DNA of 64,000 nt from Naegleria gruberi (taxonomy: Eukaryota): NCBI GenBank assembly GCA_000004985.1, contig GG738895.1; one strand, written 5' to 3'. The first letter of the stretch is position 1, and each line of letters begins with the position of its first letter. Made by a program: the position numbers and the translations under genes. Below, one piece after another: positions 1 through 12,161 of this stretch. Under the pieces are notes generated by a model that was not told where the DNA came from, did not search any database, and saw nothing but the letters and a program-made list of their open reading frames with translations.

Positions 1-2999
1 TCCTTACCAACATTGATATTTCCACTAGACTTTCTTTGATATTTTTCTCCTCTAAGAATACCATGAGCAATCATGTCCAAGCTCAATTTGTATCTTCCAA
101 TCATGTACTTTTTTTTTCTGAAGAACCTCTTTCTCAGTAAAAAGTTGGTAGGTTTACCACAAGTTATCAGAGCATGCAATACCATAATGTTGTGAATATT
201 GATAAAGAAGCACTTTCTAAAAGTAGGATCAAGCATTGTTGTCGTGTCAATCTTTTGCAGCTTTCTCATTTCATTGAGAATTGTAACAAAATGTTCACTG
301 AAAGCAAAACCTTGATAGTCGAAAATTGGCAGATCGTTATACTTTGAGCTTTGATCATATTTCATCATAATTTCCTTTCCTACTTGTTTAATGACTCGGT
401 AAATGGACATGAAGGATGATTGTGGCTCGAAAACACCAATCATGTTTGGATCTATATTGAGTGTATTGGAATTTTCATATTCATCAGTGAAAATGTAGAG
501 AACATTTGGATCATCTTCAAACTTGGAGGTAAACTTGTCCATATTGATAAAAACCATTCTGTCCATCATTTGTTGAGCAAACCAGGCTGCGTCTAATCGC
601 AAAAACTTGTCATGACTATTTTCTTTAATCCAATCGACTATATCAGAACCACTGAATGATTTGGCATGCATTCTATTGAATTTAGACCGAATCAAGTTCT
701 TTTGTCTCGATATTCCTGCCTTCAATCTTTGCACAAAGGACTTTTCATCCTCCTCAAAGTTATATATACAGAGTGTTAAATCCTCAGTTGGATCAAAGAG
801 TGGATTTGTTGTAATGTACTCCTCATCGTAGAGAGGATTAATGAATGATATTTCTTGCTCGTATAAACTATTTACAATTCTTTCACCTTCCTCGAATAAT
901 CCACAATTGAACACTTCTTCAAATTCTTCATCATCGAGCTCATCCTCGTCCGTGTAGGTTTTTGGAGAAGTGAAATCCTCAAAACCTTTACTTCCCAGGG
1001 TGTGGAAGATTTGCTTGTGAACCCATTGTTGCTTTCTATAATCATCAATTATCCTCTTGATTTTATGAGAAATGAGTTGGGATTCCAATATTTTCTTTAC
1101 CACTGATTTGGATCTTCGCTTCTCACCATCCAACATGGAATTAATATTTTCCTGGTACGTGTTGTAATTAGTCTTTCTAAAGTATTTGGCGTAATCTTCA
1201 TTCTTTTCAATTTCTACATCTTTAAAAACACTTCCAATATTGAATGAAATGGTACTAGAGGAACTGAGAGCTTCAGCAAAATGACCACTCTTGCTTTCCA
1301 TCTGGTTTCTGGTTTCAGCAATAGATTTGAGACTGTGTGAGCTCATAATATCCATTCCACTAAAAGAATTGACAACAACAGGAGAGGATGTTTCTTCCTC
1401 ATCATTACAAGTAGCATCATCGTCACTACTGGCATCATTAATTGAAGAAGTGTGGCCAGACTCTGTCAAGTCTCCATTATTCATTTCCGTATCTACAGTG
1501 TCAATTGATGTCAGAATATTATCAGTAGAGTCGGTACTAAAGGTACTAGTGTTTCCTTCCTGTTTATCTGACTGAGGAGAGACAATTTCTATGGTTATGT
1601 TATTACTTTCTCTAACTTTTTGCAAAATTGACTCTACAATTGTTTTGATGACTTGTTTTGTTTCTTCTTTGATGTTATTTTCCTTTTCTTCTTGTTGATT
1701 GATTTGATTAATAGCTGTTGTTTCCACAATAATTGGAGTTATTGTTGGAATTGTTTCAGTAATTTGTTCGTTCTCTTCCTCAGGTTTGGAGATTGGAAAT
1801 GATTCTGTTAAAGTAATTGCTGATGTTTCTTCTATTGATGAATCAATAGTAGTTATTGTTGAAGGTTGTTGTTGTTGTTCTACTTCTTGTTGAACTAATT
1901 CATGGTTAATTTCAAGAGTTTCAATTGAAGAAATCTCATTGATTTCTTCTGAAATTGGCTTGATTTCTACACAAATCTCTTCTTTTTCTTTTGGAGAAGG
2001 CAATTGTTGCTCTTGTTCTGATTTGTGTAAATTTTCAGACTGTACAGATTGTTCTTGTTGTTTAGAAAGTATTTCATTTGATTTGTGAATCTTATTAGTA
2101 GTAGCATTAGAGGTTGTTTTTTGTATGAGTTGAGTAAATTTCAAAATGGTTTGACTCACTCGGGATGGTTTACTACTATTAGCACTAATTGAAACTACTT
2201 CTAATTCCTTCTTATTTGATGATGATGATTTATCCACATTGAATTCAGGTAGGGATGATGTTGTTTTCCTTGTTTCACTTGTTGCTGCTGGTATGGTATT
2301 GTTACTACTTTGTATGGATAGGGATTTTGATGGAGTTGTATAATTATTACTTGTTGTTGATGTGATTTCATGTTGTTGTTGTTTATCAGAAGATGATGAC
2401 GAAGATGATGGTGAAGATTGAAAATAGGCAGAAAGGTTCTTATTGATGGAAGTAATACTCTTTACAGGGGATATAAAACTATTGTTATTATTACTAGTAG
2501 TAGTAGAAGAGGTTACAGGTGTGGTTGCAGTCGTGACTGGTAAATAATCAATCTAAAATCAAGTCAAGTCAATATATATAATTATAATCAATTCGTTCAA
2601 AATTGTATTATATTATATGGATGATAATTAATATGATGAAATCAGCAATGATAATGATTATTCAGCACAATGACAAATATCGTGTTGATGATGATGAACA
2701 AAAAACACAAAAATTCAACAAAATACAAAAAACACAATATAACCTACCCGCACAGAATGTCTCGTCTTGACTGGATTTCGTGGTGTTGTTGAAGGACTAT
2801 TCAAGGTAGCATTCTCCTCTTTTTTAATATTTTCTTCCCAGAGTTGTTTTAGCTGTGAGACTCTACTAGAGAGTGGAGTGGATAAAGAAGTAGATGAAGA
2901 AGATGATAATGGAGAAGTGGTGATATTGGAAATGTTGTTGTTGTTTAGAGCAGATAGGTTGAGAGAGGGCGTACTTGTTGCACCACCTTCTTGTGTCAT
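1..2999 (-). CDS. DEP-domain + DUF547 protein, partial (3' end lies beyond window start). Exons 2748..2999 and 1..2552; intron 2553..2747 (GTAGGT...TTTAG).
   Basis: Exon 1 is ORF 2715..2999 (MTQEGG...), whose tail is intron read-through. Splicing at GTAGGT/TTTAG keeps the frame open to position 1. The translation contains a DEP-like segment (KSFSGSDIVDWIKENSHD...LYIF) and a DUF547-like segment (FFINIHNIMVLHALITCGKP). Not in the ORF track because there is no in-window stop. Confidence 0.72.
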
Positions 3000-4028
3000 T
3001 TTGTTCTTGAGTGTTGATTAATTGCACTTGACGTTTGATCAATCTACTCGAAAGTTCTTTGTGGTGTTGTGTTCATGATAATCCCGACTTGGAAAGTTGA
3101 AGCTCTGTATGTTGGTGGATTTTCTGTTTAAGAAGAAACAATTGATTTGATTTAAGCGATAGATTAACAAAATATGACTTTCTAATGTAAAGATATATAG
3201 TAACAATAATTTAACATTCATTAGATTTGAACAGTCTATGATAAAATCATGATAGAAACCCAAACCTTGAAATTCTGGAATATTACTGCACAAATTTTAA
3301 TTGTGTACTAAGAAGCCACATACCACAAGGTAATAAGTGCGTTTTGTGAAGTTACAATCTTAATATATTAATGTATTTCCTTATACCTTTGCGCTTATTG
3401 CCAAAGAATCTTTGGGTGACGCTGTAGTTGGTTACAAGTGTTTGGATTCATTTCAGTTGAGATGTATCCTTGCCACCATGAGGAAAATGTAGAGAAACAA
3501 TATGGAAGAATATGCTGCTTGACATGAGGGTGTGTTGCTAGAAACTTTTGTTTATTTGACATTTCTTATTCCAAATCGCTTATTTATTATTCAACAATCA
3601 CAGTTAAAAACACAAGCATATACGGAGGAGTACCATTCCTTTAAGACAACATAGATGACGGTATTGTGCGAGTTTTTATGAAGTTCCAATCTCAATATAA
3701 TTTCGTAATGCCTTAATGAAGGAAAAAGCATCTTATTCATATGCCTTATTGAACATTTTTCACGCAAGAATCTCTTTCAATGACGATATATTATTATCTC
3801 CATCTCCATTTGAGTAAGTGCCGCCTTACTTTGTGGACGTTTTTCAAACTCACCTTAATAGAAAACCAAAAAATTAAAACAACAATAAACACCGATACAC
3901 TCTCTCAGAGGTATAATTCATCTCTCATCTGCGCTCGTGGAGTGTGTACTCGCATACTTGAAGAACTTGATACAAACAACAAATAACAACAACAATTTAT
4001 AAGAAGATAATATAGCATTCTTAACAAC

Positions 4029-6574
4029 ATGACAATGAATAATAAGGTAATTCCCTCAGTGGACGAGAGTATAACCATTAAGGGTGGTTTTAAAAGTGCA
4101 TATGCTGTTGATTCGACGGCCCAAGAGAATGAACAAACAAATAAGGACTTTGATGTTGAGGAAGATATATACCAAGCACCATTCCTATCTATCAAGTGCT
4201 TGCTAATCTTTGTAATCGTGTGTCTGGTCATTTGTACAGTCCTGTTATTGACCACAATTTGGGTCTCTGCTTATAGTACCAATGTTACACAGATGGGAAG
4301 CTCACTTCTTAAAGAACAAATTGAAAAATCGATAGCCTTTACAGATGAAACCATTTCAAAAGTTTTGACCGTTTCTCAGACAACAAAGAATATTATGTGG
4401 AAGGATTTTGATTACTCAGATATTGATACAGTCTATTCTTTAACTTACCGTATTTACAAGTCGTCCTATGAATTCTTGAGCTCTTTAATTGTGACGATAT
4501 ACTTTGGTGATACAATTGGTGGAAATATTGGTGTTCTAGTAATGGGTGGCGAACCTACTCAGATGTATATTAACGAAACAGGTCAATACTATTGGTATTG
4601 TAGGGATATTTTCAATAACGAGAATTGTAACATGTCGTCACCTTCTGAACCAGATATCGTGTTGGGTCCTTTTGACATGTCCAAGATTATGGGAGTAGCC
4701 CATAAATCTCCAAACAAACCAGGATATTCATTATCTTTCACTGATCCAACTTTACCTTCCATAACTTTTATGAGTTGTGTGAATTCACATCCAGCTGTAA
4801 ATACTTCCTTAACAAATGGAGAAGTTTATGATTGGTATTTTGGAATTGATATTAGTGTATCGTCCATCTCTAAATATCTGGAAGATGTTGCCAAACATGT
4901 TTCTGGAGCTGTTTCTTTTGCTATTGAAGTTGAAACTAACTATATTGTTGTTTGTAAGTTTACAATAATATTTTCAAGATTACATTAACAATTCAAGCGA
5001 GCTTTCCGGAAATTCCTGTTTCTGAATGGAGTGCAGATGGAGTGGAAACAAGAATGACACCTCTAACTTTCAAACAAGACAAGGTTAACATGATTGGACA
5101 ATTTATCTATTCAGAATTTTCCAATAATTTGAAATCACAACCTTGCGGAACTTACAGGTATTACTCATTGGATACAATCTTTGTGTCGTCCCATAGATTC
5201 TGTAAGGCTGGAGTTGATTGGTTCTTTGTCTTTTCAGAGCCCAAAATGAATTATATTGGTGACATGATTATTGCAATTATTGTTGGATTGAGTGCCAGTT
5301 TGCTTATTGTCATTGTTGGTGTGATATTGGGAGTAGTGTCATCAATTAGAATTGTCAAACCATTGAATAATTTGATTGAACAATTTTCATCTGTTTCTGA
5401 TATGAATTTGGAGAATATTAACATTTCTCATTCGAATTTTAAGGAAATTTCACTGTTGCAACATCACTTTGAAAGTATGGTCGCTAAAGTCAAACATTAT
5501 AGAAGTTTTATTCCATCCTACCTGATTGACCAATTGGATAAAGGTCAAGCCAGTGCTGCTCCTGCATTCCATAAGCATAGTAGCAGATTTAGAAAGGCAG
5601 GTGTCACTGATTCTGTCGATGGAAAGGGTTCATTCTCTTCAATATTTGATCAATCTGGAAGAAAGAAGAGTTCAAGATCTGGTAAGGGAGTTCCAAAATC
5701 ATTATTTAGATTAGGTCTTGAAAAGAAAACAGTGTCCTTTTCCTTAATTTATTTTGAAGGTCTTTCCAATTATATTACCAATGAATCCATTATTGATGAA
5801 GTTGTTTCTCTAATTGGTGACTTGATGCTTATCGTACAGAAAACCACAAAAGCTACCAATGGATTTACCAGTAATTTTGAACATAATTCAATTATATTAT
5901 CATGGAACTCAACTTCCGATTTGAGAAACCATGAAGAGACATGTCTACTTGCCACGATTCAAATCTTGGATCGATTAAATTCATCAATAGAGAATAAGTG
6001 GAAAGATAGAGGTTATTCCATGTCTTTCAGAACTGCAACAGTTTCACAAGATGTGTTTTGTGGAAACTTGGGAACAGATGAGGCTAAAACCTTTGCAGCT
6101 GTTGGAAGTCAGATCTATAACTTGCAACTATTGTTGAAACAGGCAACCAAGTTAAATATTCCATCCATTGTCACTCAAGAAATCTATGAAAAAACCAACA
6201 ATGTATATTGTTACAGATTTGTTGGTATTAAGAAATTACTCAATCATCATGAGACAGATACATACATGCAATGTACAATTCAACAAGATCACATTCTTCA
6301 CACTCCAAATCGTCTCTATCAATTAGGAGAGACAGTTTCAGATAAGGTTGAGGATGAAGAGTGGATGTACTCACTTTCTAAACAAAATGTAAAGAATGAT
6401 CGTTGGAAACATCACATTGATGGAGCCAATTCTCTTTTACAAGGAGATTACCAAGAGGCGATTGAACATTTCAACAATCATTTGCATTACCATTCAGATA
6501 CAAATTATGGACAAGTGGATAAAGCAACAGCATATTTACTTAAAAAGTGTTTGAAATTGAGTAAACAAGAATAA
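4029..6574 (+). CDS. Membrane protein with a degenerate adenylyl/guanylyl-cyclase homology domain (receptor-type cyclase-like). Exons 4029..4953 and 5037..6574; 83-nt phase-1 intron.
   Basis: ORFs 4029..4988 and 5042..6574 (GTG-start artefact) join in frame via GTAAGT at 4954 and CAG at 5036. Two TM segments flank a ~270-aa ectodomain. The CHD-like region reads SFSLIYFEGLS...LIGDLML...FCGNLGTDEAK...IYNLQ, with the metal-binding Asp replaced by Glu and the transition-state Arg absent. Confidence 0.55.
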
Positions 6575-6683
6575 TTATGGAAATAGCTTTACAACACAGT
6601 GTTGTAAACGTTTAATTGGTTCAAAAATGTTAATAAATTTTTTCGTCAATCATCAACTGAGTTGGAATTTATTCTCGGATTAA

Positions 6684-9600
6684 TCAACAACAGCAAGAAC
6701 AACAAGAAGATTTTGAAGATGATCCAGATAATCTCTTTCTTCTCGCTCTTAACACTAAAGCAATGACCACGACAATAATGATGACTACTGTTACAATGAT
6801 AATGAATGAACCACCCAAAGTAGTTGCCAGAATGATAATTTGTTCATTGTTGAGTGAAATTAAATCATTTCTCAATTGTGAAGGTTGCGGCATTCCCTTA
6901 TATTCCGAATTTGCCTTCTTATAATTCTTGTCAATTACTGAAAAGGAAGTCAAGTGAGAAGTTTTGCAAGTAATTAATTGAACATAATATAAAATACCAT
7001 CCACTACTTCCTCATTGTAATATTCAAAAGTGGTAGAAAGTCCTTCACTATTCCACAATTGCATGGAATTATCATAGAATGAACATGTCAAATTGAAAAG
7101 TGTCAAGTTGACTTTGGGAATGTAAACTTTTCCAAATGAAATTTGAATTGGCTCGTTTAGTTGTGAAATTTTCAAAGCTTGATTACTAGAAACGAAGCTC
7201 AATGTTATTACACTAGAAAGGACTTGACCTTTGGTTTCGTCCTTAGACACGGAGGCAATAATGGAAATGTCAGATTTTGGCACTTGATTAGTTTCATTTA
7301 GGTAGGATGATAATGAGCTTGGTAACTTGATAGAAAGCCCATCAAACTTCGTAAAGTTTACCACACGAGAATTCAAATCTTCAACTGTTCCAATAGTTTG
7401 AACAATAATTTCCCTATTCGAATCTTGAATTGGAGCTAGGCATGTGAAATTCTGTTGTTGAGAGAATGATCCTACACAGAACGGAGTAGAACAATCCTTT
7501 CCCAACCAACCTGCTCTACAAGTACATTGATTAGGTGCAGAACAAGTTCCATTTCCATAATTACAAACTTGCGGAGAATTAGCTGGTTGACCAAAACAAA
7601 GATCAATTTCACAATTTAAACCAGTTGAACCAACAGCACAGTTACAAGCATCATAATTTTGGCAATCACCTCTTCCAGAACAAACACTTGCATTTTCAAA
7701 GTGAATTCCAAAACAATTAAAATCTTGACAATACTTTCCATAATATCCAAAAGTACAATTGCATGTTTCTGAAGCAATGCATTGACCTCTTGAATTACAG
7801 ACATTCACATCGGTATTTTCCAAATCGTTACAATAGGTAATATTACAATTGAAACCTGAAAAACCTGGCTTACAAGAGCATGAATTGAGATTCGTACAGT
7901 TTCCATTACGATTATTACAAACTTGTGGAGAATTACTGGCATAACCATAGCAATAAGTAGCACCACAAGCACTTCCATAGAAACCACTATTACACAAACA
8001 CAAATCCTGTTGTAAACAAATTCCATTTCCAGAACAAACATTCAACTGATCTGCCTGCACACCGAAACATGACATGTTTCTTACTTCACAATAAGCTCCA
8101 CCAAATCCATTTTCACATAGGCACGACCGAGAAGCTTGGCATTGACCTCTTCCATTACAAACCTTTGGATCATCTGACATGACATCATTACAAATACTCA
8201 ACTCACAATTTGGACCTCCAAATCCTGGATTACAGGTGCAAAAATTGTAAAACCAACAAGAGCCATGTCCTGAACAAATCTTCTGATCATTAGCCTGCAC
8301 TCCATAGCATGTTTGGTTCAATTCTCTAGTGAGTGTGAAAATATTTCCTCTTGAGGCGAAGGAAATTTCCAAAAATGTCGATTCTTTCACATAAATTGCT
8401 TTTGGATTATCAAGTTGAGAGAAGGGTGGATTGTTCAGTCCCTCCTCTACGTATAGTATTGGAGTAATGAGACCATTAGTCATTGAGATTCTAATTGTTG
8501 ATTCTTCTCCAATGATAAATTCTTTTGTTTTGGTCACGAAGAAACTTGTTGGATATTTTAATTGGGCATTAATGGATTGAATGACAGTATCTCCTGTATC
8601 AGTTCCTCCACCAATGATTCTAATGGCATAGGTCTTGTTCATAACTTGATGGATGGCCATAGTTGTACTTCCTAAAAAGTAAATCATGCCATCAGAACTC
8701 ACAAATAAGGAAGTGATATCTTCCGTTCCAATGAATGCAGTATCAATGGTCAAATTTTGATAAATAATTCTAATTCTATTCTGTGAAGACACATAGATAT
8801 CATTGTTATACAGAGCTATTCCAGATGGATTAGGAACCGATGAAGATCGACCATTGACACCATCTTTGACATTACTGATCATTCCATCACCTGCCAACGT
8901 TTGAACTATTGAATTATTGTACTTGTTAACAAGATGATTTGCTGGTAGTATGTAAAACAAAGCCCCACTTTCATCTGCAACCATTCCACCAACTTGTTCA
9001 TCCGAAACAAGTGAAACTATTCCATTTTCTAGACGATTCATTCTTCTGAAAGGTGAATACTCGGCATATTCACTGAAAAACAATCTATTACTAGAGAATG
9101 TGAATGCATCAATTCTATTAAATGAAGAAAGCAATGGTGGTTGATTACTTGTTGCTACCAAAGTTCCAACAATAGTTGAGATTATTCCATTCTTACTGAT
9201 CTTTCGAATTCTTTGATTGTCGACATCGGCAAAGATGAGTTCATCATTCTCATTGACAACCATATCACCCACTGATGAAGTTTTACTATTAATGGCCAAA
9301 CCTCCATCACCTCCAAAACCATTTTCCATTCCTGCAATTTGCTCAAATTGTCCGCTTGTGTTAAATCTGAAAATTTTGTAAACTTCACATGCAAAATAAA
9401 CATTTCCATTCGAATCAACATCAAAATAAGGATTCAATGAATCTTTCCTGAATAGAGTCAATGCAGTTCCATTCTTGAAAACTTTGTAAAATGTACCCAT
9501 TTCCTGATCGAGAGCATAAAGAGTTTCGTTTACATATTTGGTTGAGTGACTATATTGTGGAAGATTCATAAAGAAAGTAGTATTGGAGGTTCGAATATCT

Positions 9601-10231
9601 AGTTTACGATATGAGCGGGTTGCTGATGATGAGGAGTAGAGTAATTCTCTTTCGTTTAGAATGTGAAGAGAATAGGCTGAACCTTGTAGAAAGTAAACAT
9701 TGGAGACAAGTCCAGTTTTGAAGGAAATTCTTCTGATCATTGCATTTCCACCATCGAGAATATATAAATATTCATTGTTTGGATCAACTGCTAATGAAGG
9801 TATGTATGATCTATTCGAAACATGTTAGTTTCATTTCAAACTAAACCATCCTAAACTTGTAAAACTTACGAAAAGAAAGCATATGTAGCCATAACAGAAT
9901 CTCCACTATACGGTATCAAACTGTTTACTCTAGAATTCCCACCAATCGTATACACATTTCCATTCTTATCAACCTTCTTGATTAGGGGACCTTCTGTGAA
10001 GAATAATTGACCATCTTTCCAAGCCAATGAACCAAGCTGATCAGAAACTCCATAACTAGTGGCTGGAATTCCATTCGTATAGTTGGAACCAACGATGGTT
10101 TTTAGACGATAGGTTGGAGTTTCGAATAGTGCACTCACATGAGATACACACATGCAACTGATTAGCAATAGTGATAAAACCACAGCCACGCACCACAAGA
10201 AACCAAAAGGAACTTTAGGATTTCTTGACAT
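6684..10231 (-). CDS. Single-pass receptor-like protein: signal peptide, NHL-like beta-propeller, ~8 tenascin-type EGF repeats, GPS/GAIN-like motif (C..W..G...CKTSHLTSFSV), TM, short tail ending CCSCCC. Exons 9870..10231 and 6684..9810; 59-nt intron.
   Basis: ORF 9866..10231 supplies the hydrophobic N-terminal signal. GTAAGT at 9869..9864 and AG at 9811 link it in frame to the 1018-aa ORF. EGF repeats look like CNGRGQCQASRSCLCENGFGGAYCE; NHL-like repeats like ELIFADVDNQRIRKISKNG. A GPS motif precedes the TM helix. Paralogous to 19912..22929. Confidence 0.8.
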
Positions 10232-10761
10232 TTTTTATGTAGATGTTGATCCACAAGTTTCTGATTTTTTTTATCCGAATGAGAAAGCTCCAACGAAGGA
10301 TACAAGGCGAAACTGATTTATCTAAATTAGATCAAGAGGAACACCTCTCCAATCAGTGAGGATCAAGCTAATCATGAGATGATGGTTACAAATCAAAGGT
10401 TTGATTTAACTTTTGAGATTTTCATGATCAGTTTTCAGTAATGTGGATTTTTGAGTTTGGATTTTGTGGATAAATTAACAAATATGAAAGTGGGTCAGAG
10501 TATATTTGATCTATACACTTTACTGTAATTAAAATATTGTAAGTGGATTAAATGTTCAAGAATCTTAATAGTTTAAGTATTTAAATTTTGGCGCCAAAAT
10601 AAATGAAAAATGTCTTATAATGCGTTTTCCTATCTGTTCCTTAATCTCTCTTGAATAAGATTATAGCATGAAATAATCTGCACTTGATGTTTTTTGTAAT
10701 TTATTGAAAGATTACAACAGTATTAACATTTAATATTATTTAAATAAATATTTAAAAAAAA

Positions 10762-11984
10762 ATGCGCAAACAACAAGTTCTCTACGTGAGTTGAAAATCC
10801 GATGATTCAAATTCATCAATTTTTTTTTCATGATGATAACCATTGACAGAGTTACGGATCAAATGAATATTCCCTCGTTGGACATAAGGATCGGTTATTT
10901 GAGGAGTGTTTTGTATTGGGAGATGCAACACATATTAAGAGAATGGCTTGCGGAAGATCACACATTCTCTTTGAGAGTATGTTTGTGTAATGATTGAAAA
11001 TTAATTTATCTATATATTTAATATTTAATATTTAAAATATTGTGATTTTAATGATTTAATCTGCTGATGATGAATTATATAAAAGCCTTTAATGGAGAAG
11101 TATTGTCTATTGGAAGAAATGATTATTCTCAATGTGCTATAAGAAAGGCTTCCGGAGGAGAATTAATTAGTAAACCAATGAATTGTCTTTACAAAGATGT
11201 TGGATGTGATGCCAAACCTCTCATCAAGCCTTTTAAATTTACAACTGGATGGTTTCATTCAACATTTATCTCAAACGATCAGAAGAGAATTTACTTTACT
11301 GGATATTATTCTGCCTATTCATCAATGGGACAGACAAAGGATACTTGTTTTTATGATATTACTGATACAGTATTGGAAAAGGATATGCTTGCTGATGATA
11401 GTTACAAAATTACTGATATTGGCAGTGGAGATCACTTTTTTGCATTTGTTGTAAATAACGAGTTTATTGTAGTTGTGGATCAAACAAGAAAAGTTTTTCA
11501 CATTCCAGATTTGAAGGAATTCTTGGTGTTCAAGTCAGGAGTTGCCTTCACAAGAGGAAATGGAAATTTATACTTGGCCAAGAATTATCCAGACAGTGTA
11601 AGCGAGTATGATGGAAAATTTGTGAAAAATCTTCGTTCTACATCTGTTGCCGATTCATTCTCATTCGTATTAAATGGACAAAATCTAAGATTTGGTCACA
11701 GTAATCAACATGGATCAATTGAGATTTACGAGTCGTTCTGTACTGCCTATCTATATGATTCAAAGGAACGTAAATTCCCAGATGAAAGATTTAAGAAAAT
11801 CAATGACGAATTAGAAAAGCACAAAGATTGGGAAATTCTCCAATTCATTACAGGTTCTGACAGTGTTCATATATTGTTGGGAATTAGAGAAACTAAGGAA
11901 GAGCAACGATTCTTTGAGAAATTGAGCAATATTAGACAAGGCACTCATTACACTGATATGCTTGTCAGCTACACTTTCAATTAG
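10762..11984 (+). CDS. RCC1-repeat-like protein. Exons 10762..10785 (24-nt first exon), 10850..10976, 11086..11984.
   Basis: ORF 11067..11984 lacks a proper start. Upstream, ATG (MRKQQVLY) is followed by GTGAGT. Exon 2 encodes SYGSNEYSLVGHKD...VLGDATHIKRMACGRSHILFE (RCC1-like G.N.yGQLG / CG..H motifs). Donor GTATGT at 10977 (phase 1) and acceptor AG at 11085 restore the ORF frame. Confidence 0.5.
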
Positions 11985-12161
11985 TAATCCTTCCAAATAA
12001 TCTTAATCTTGCATGACAAAGCGAGAAATGGTTACACCATTTCAAACTCCGCTTCCCGTTTCTCTTGTTTGGAAATGTTTTACTAGTGAAATTACCCAAT
12101 CACCTTCATCAATCATTGAAAAGTGAAATGTGAAAATATCAAACAGAAAAAAAATACAACA

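Noticed and set aside
1291-3021. Plus-strand ORFs 1291..1575 and 2767..3021 inside the DEP/DUF547 gene region.
   Set aside because: They lie antisense to, or overlap, a long motif-supported minus-strand coding region. They are low-complexity translations (S/L-rich) with no motifs.
7616-9424. Minus/plus small ORFs (7616..7804, 7805..8041, 9182..9424) nested in the 6684..10231 receptor gene; likewise 21204..22114 within the paralog.
   Set aside because: Alternative frames of the Cys-codon-rich EGF region; no independent support.
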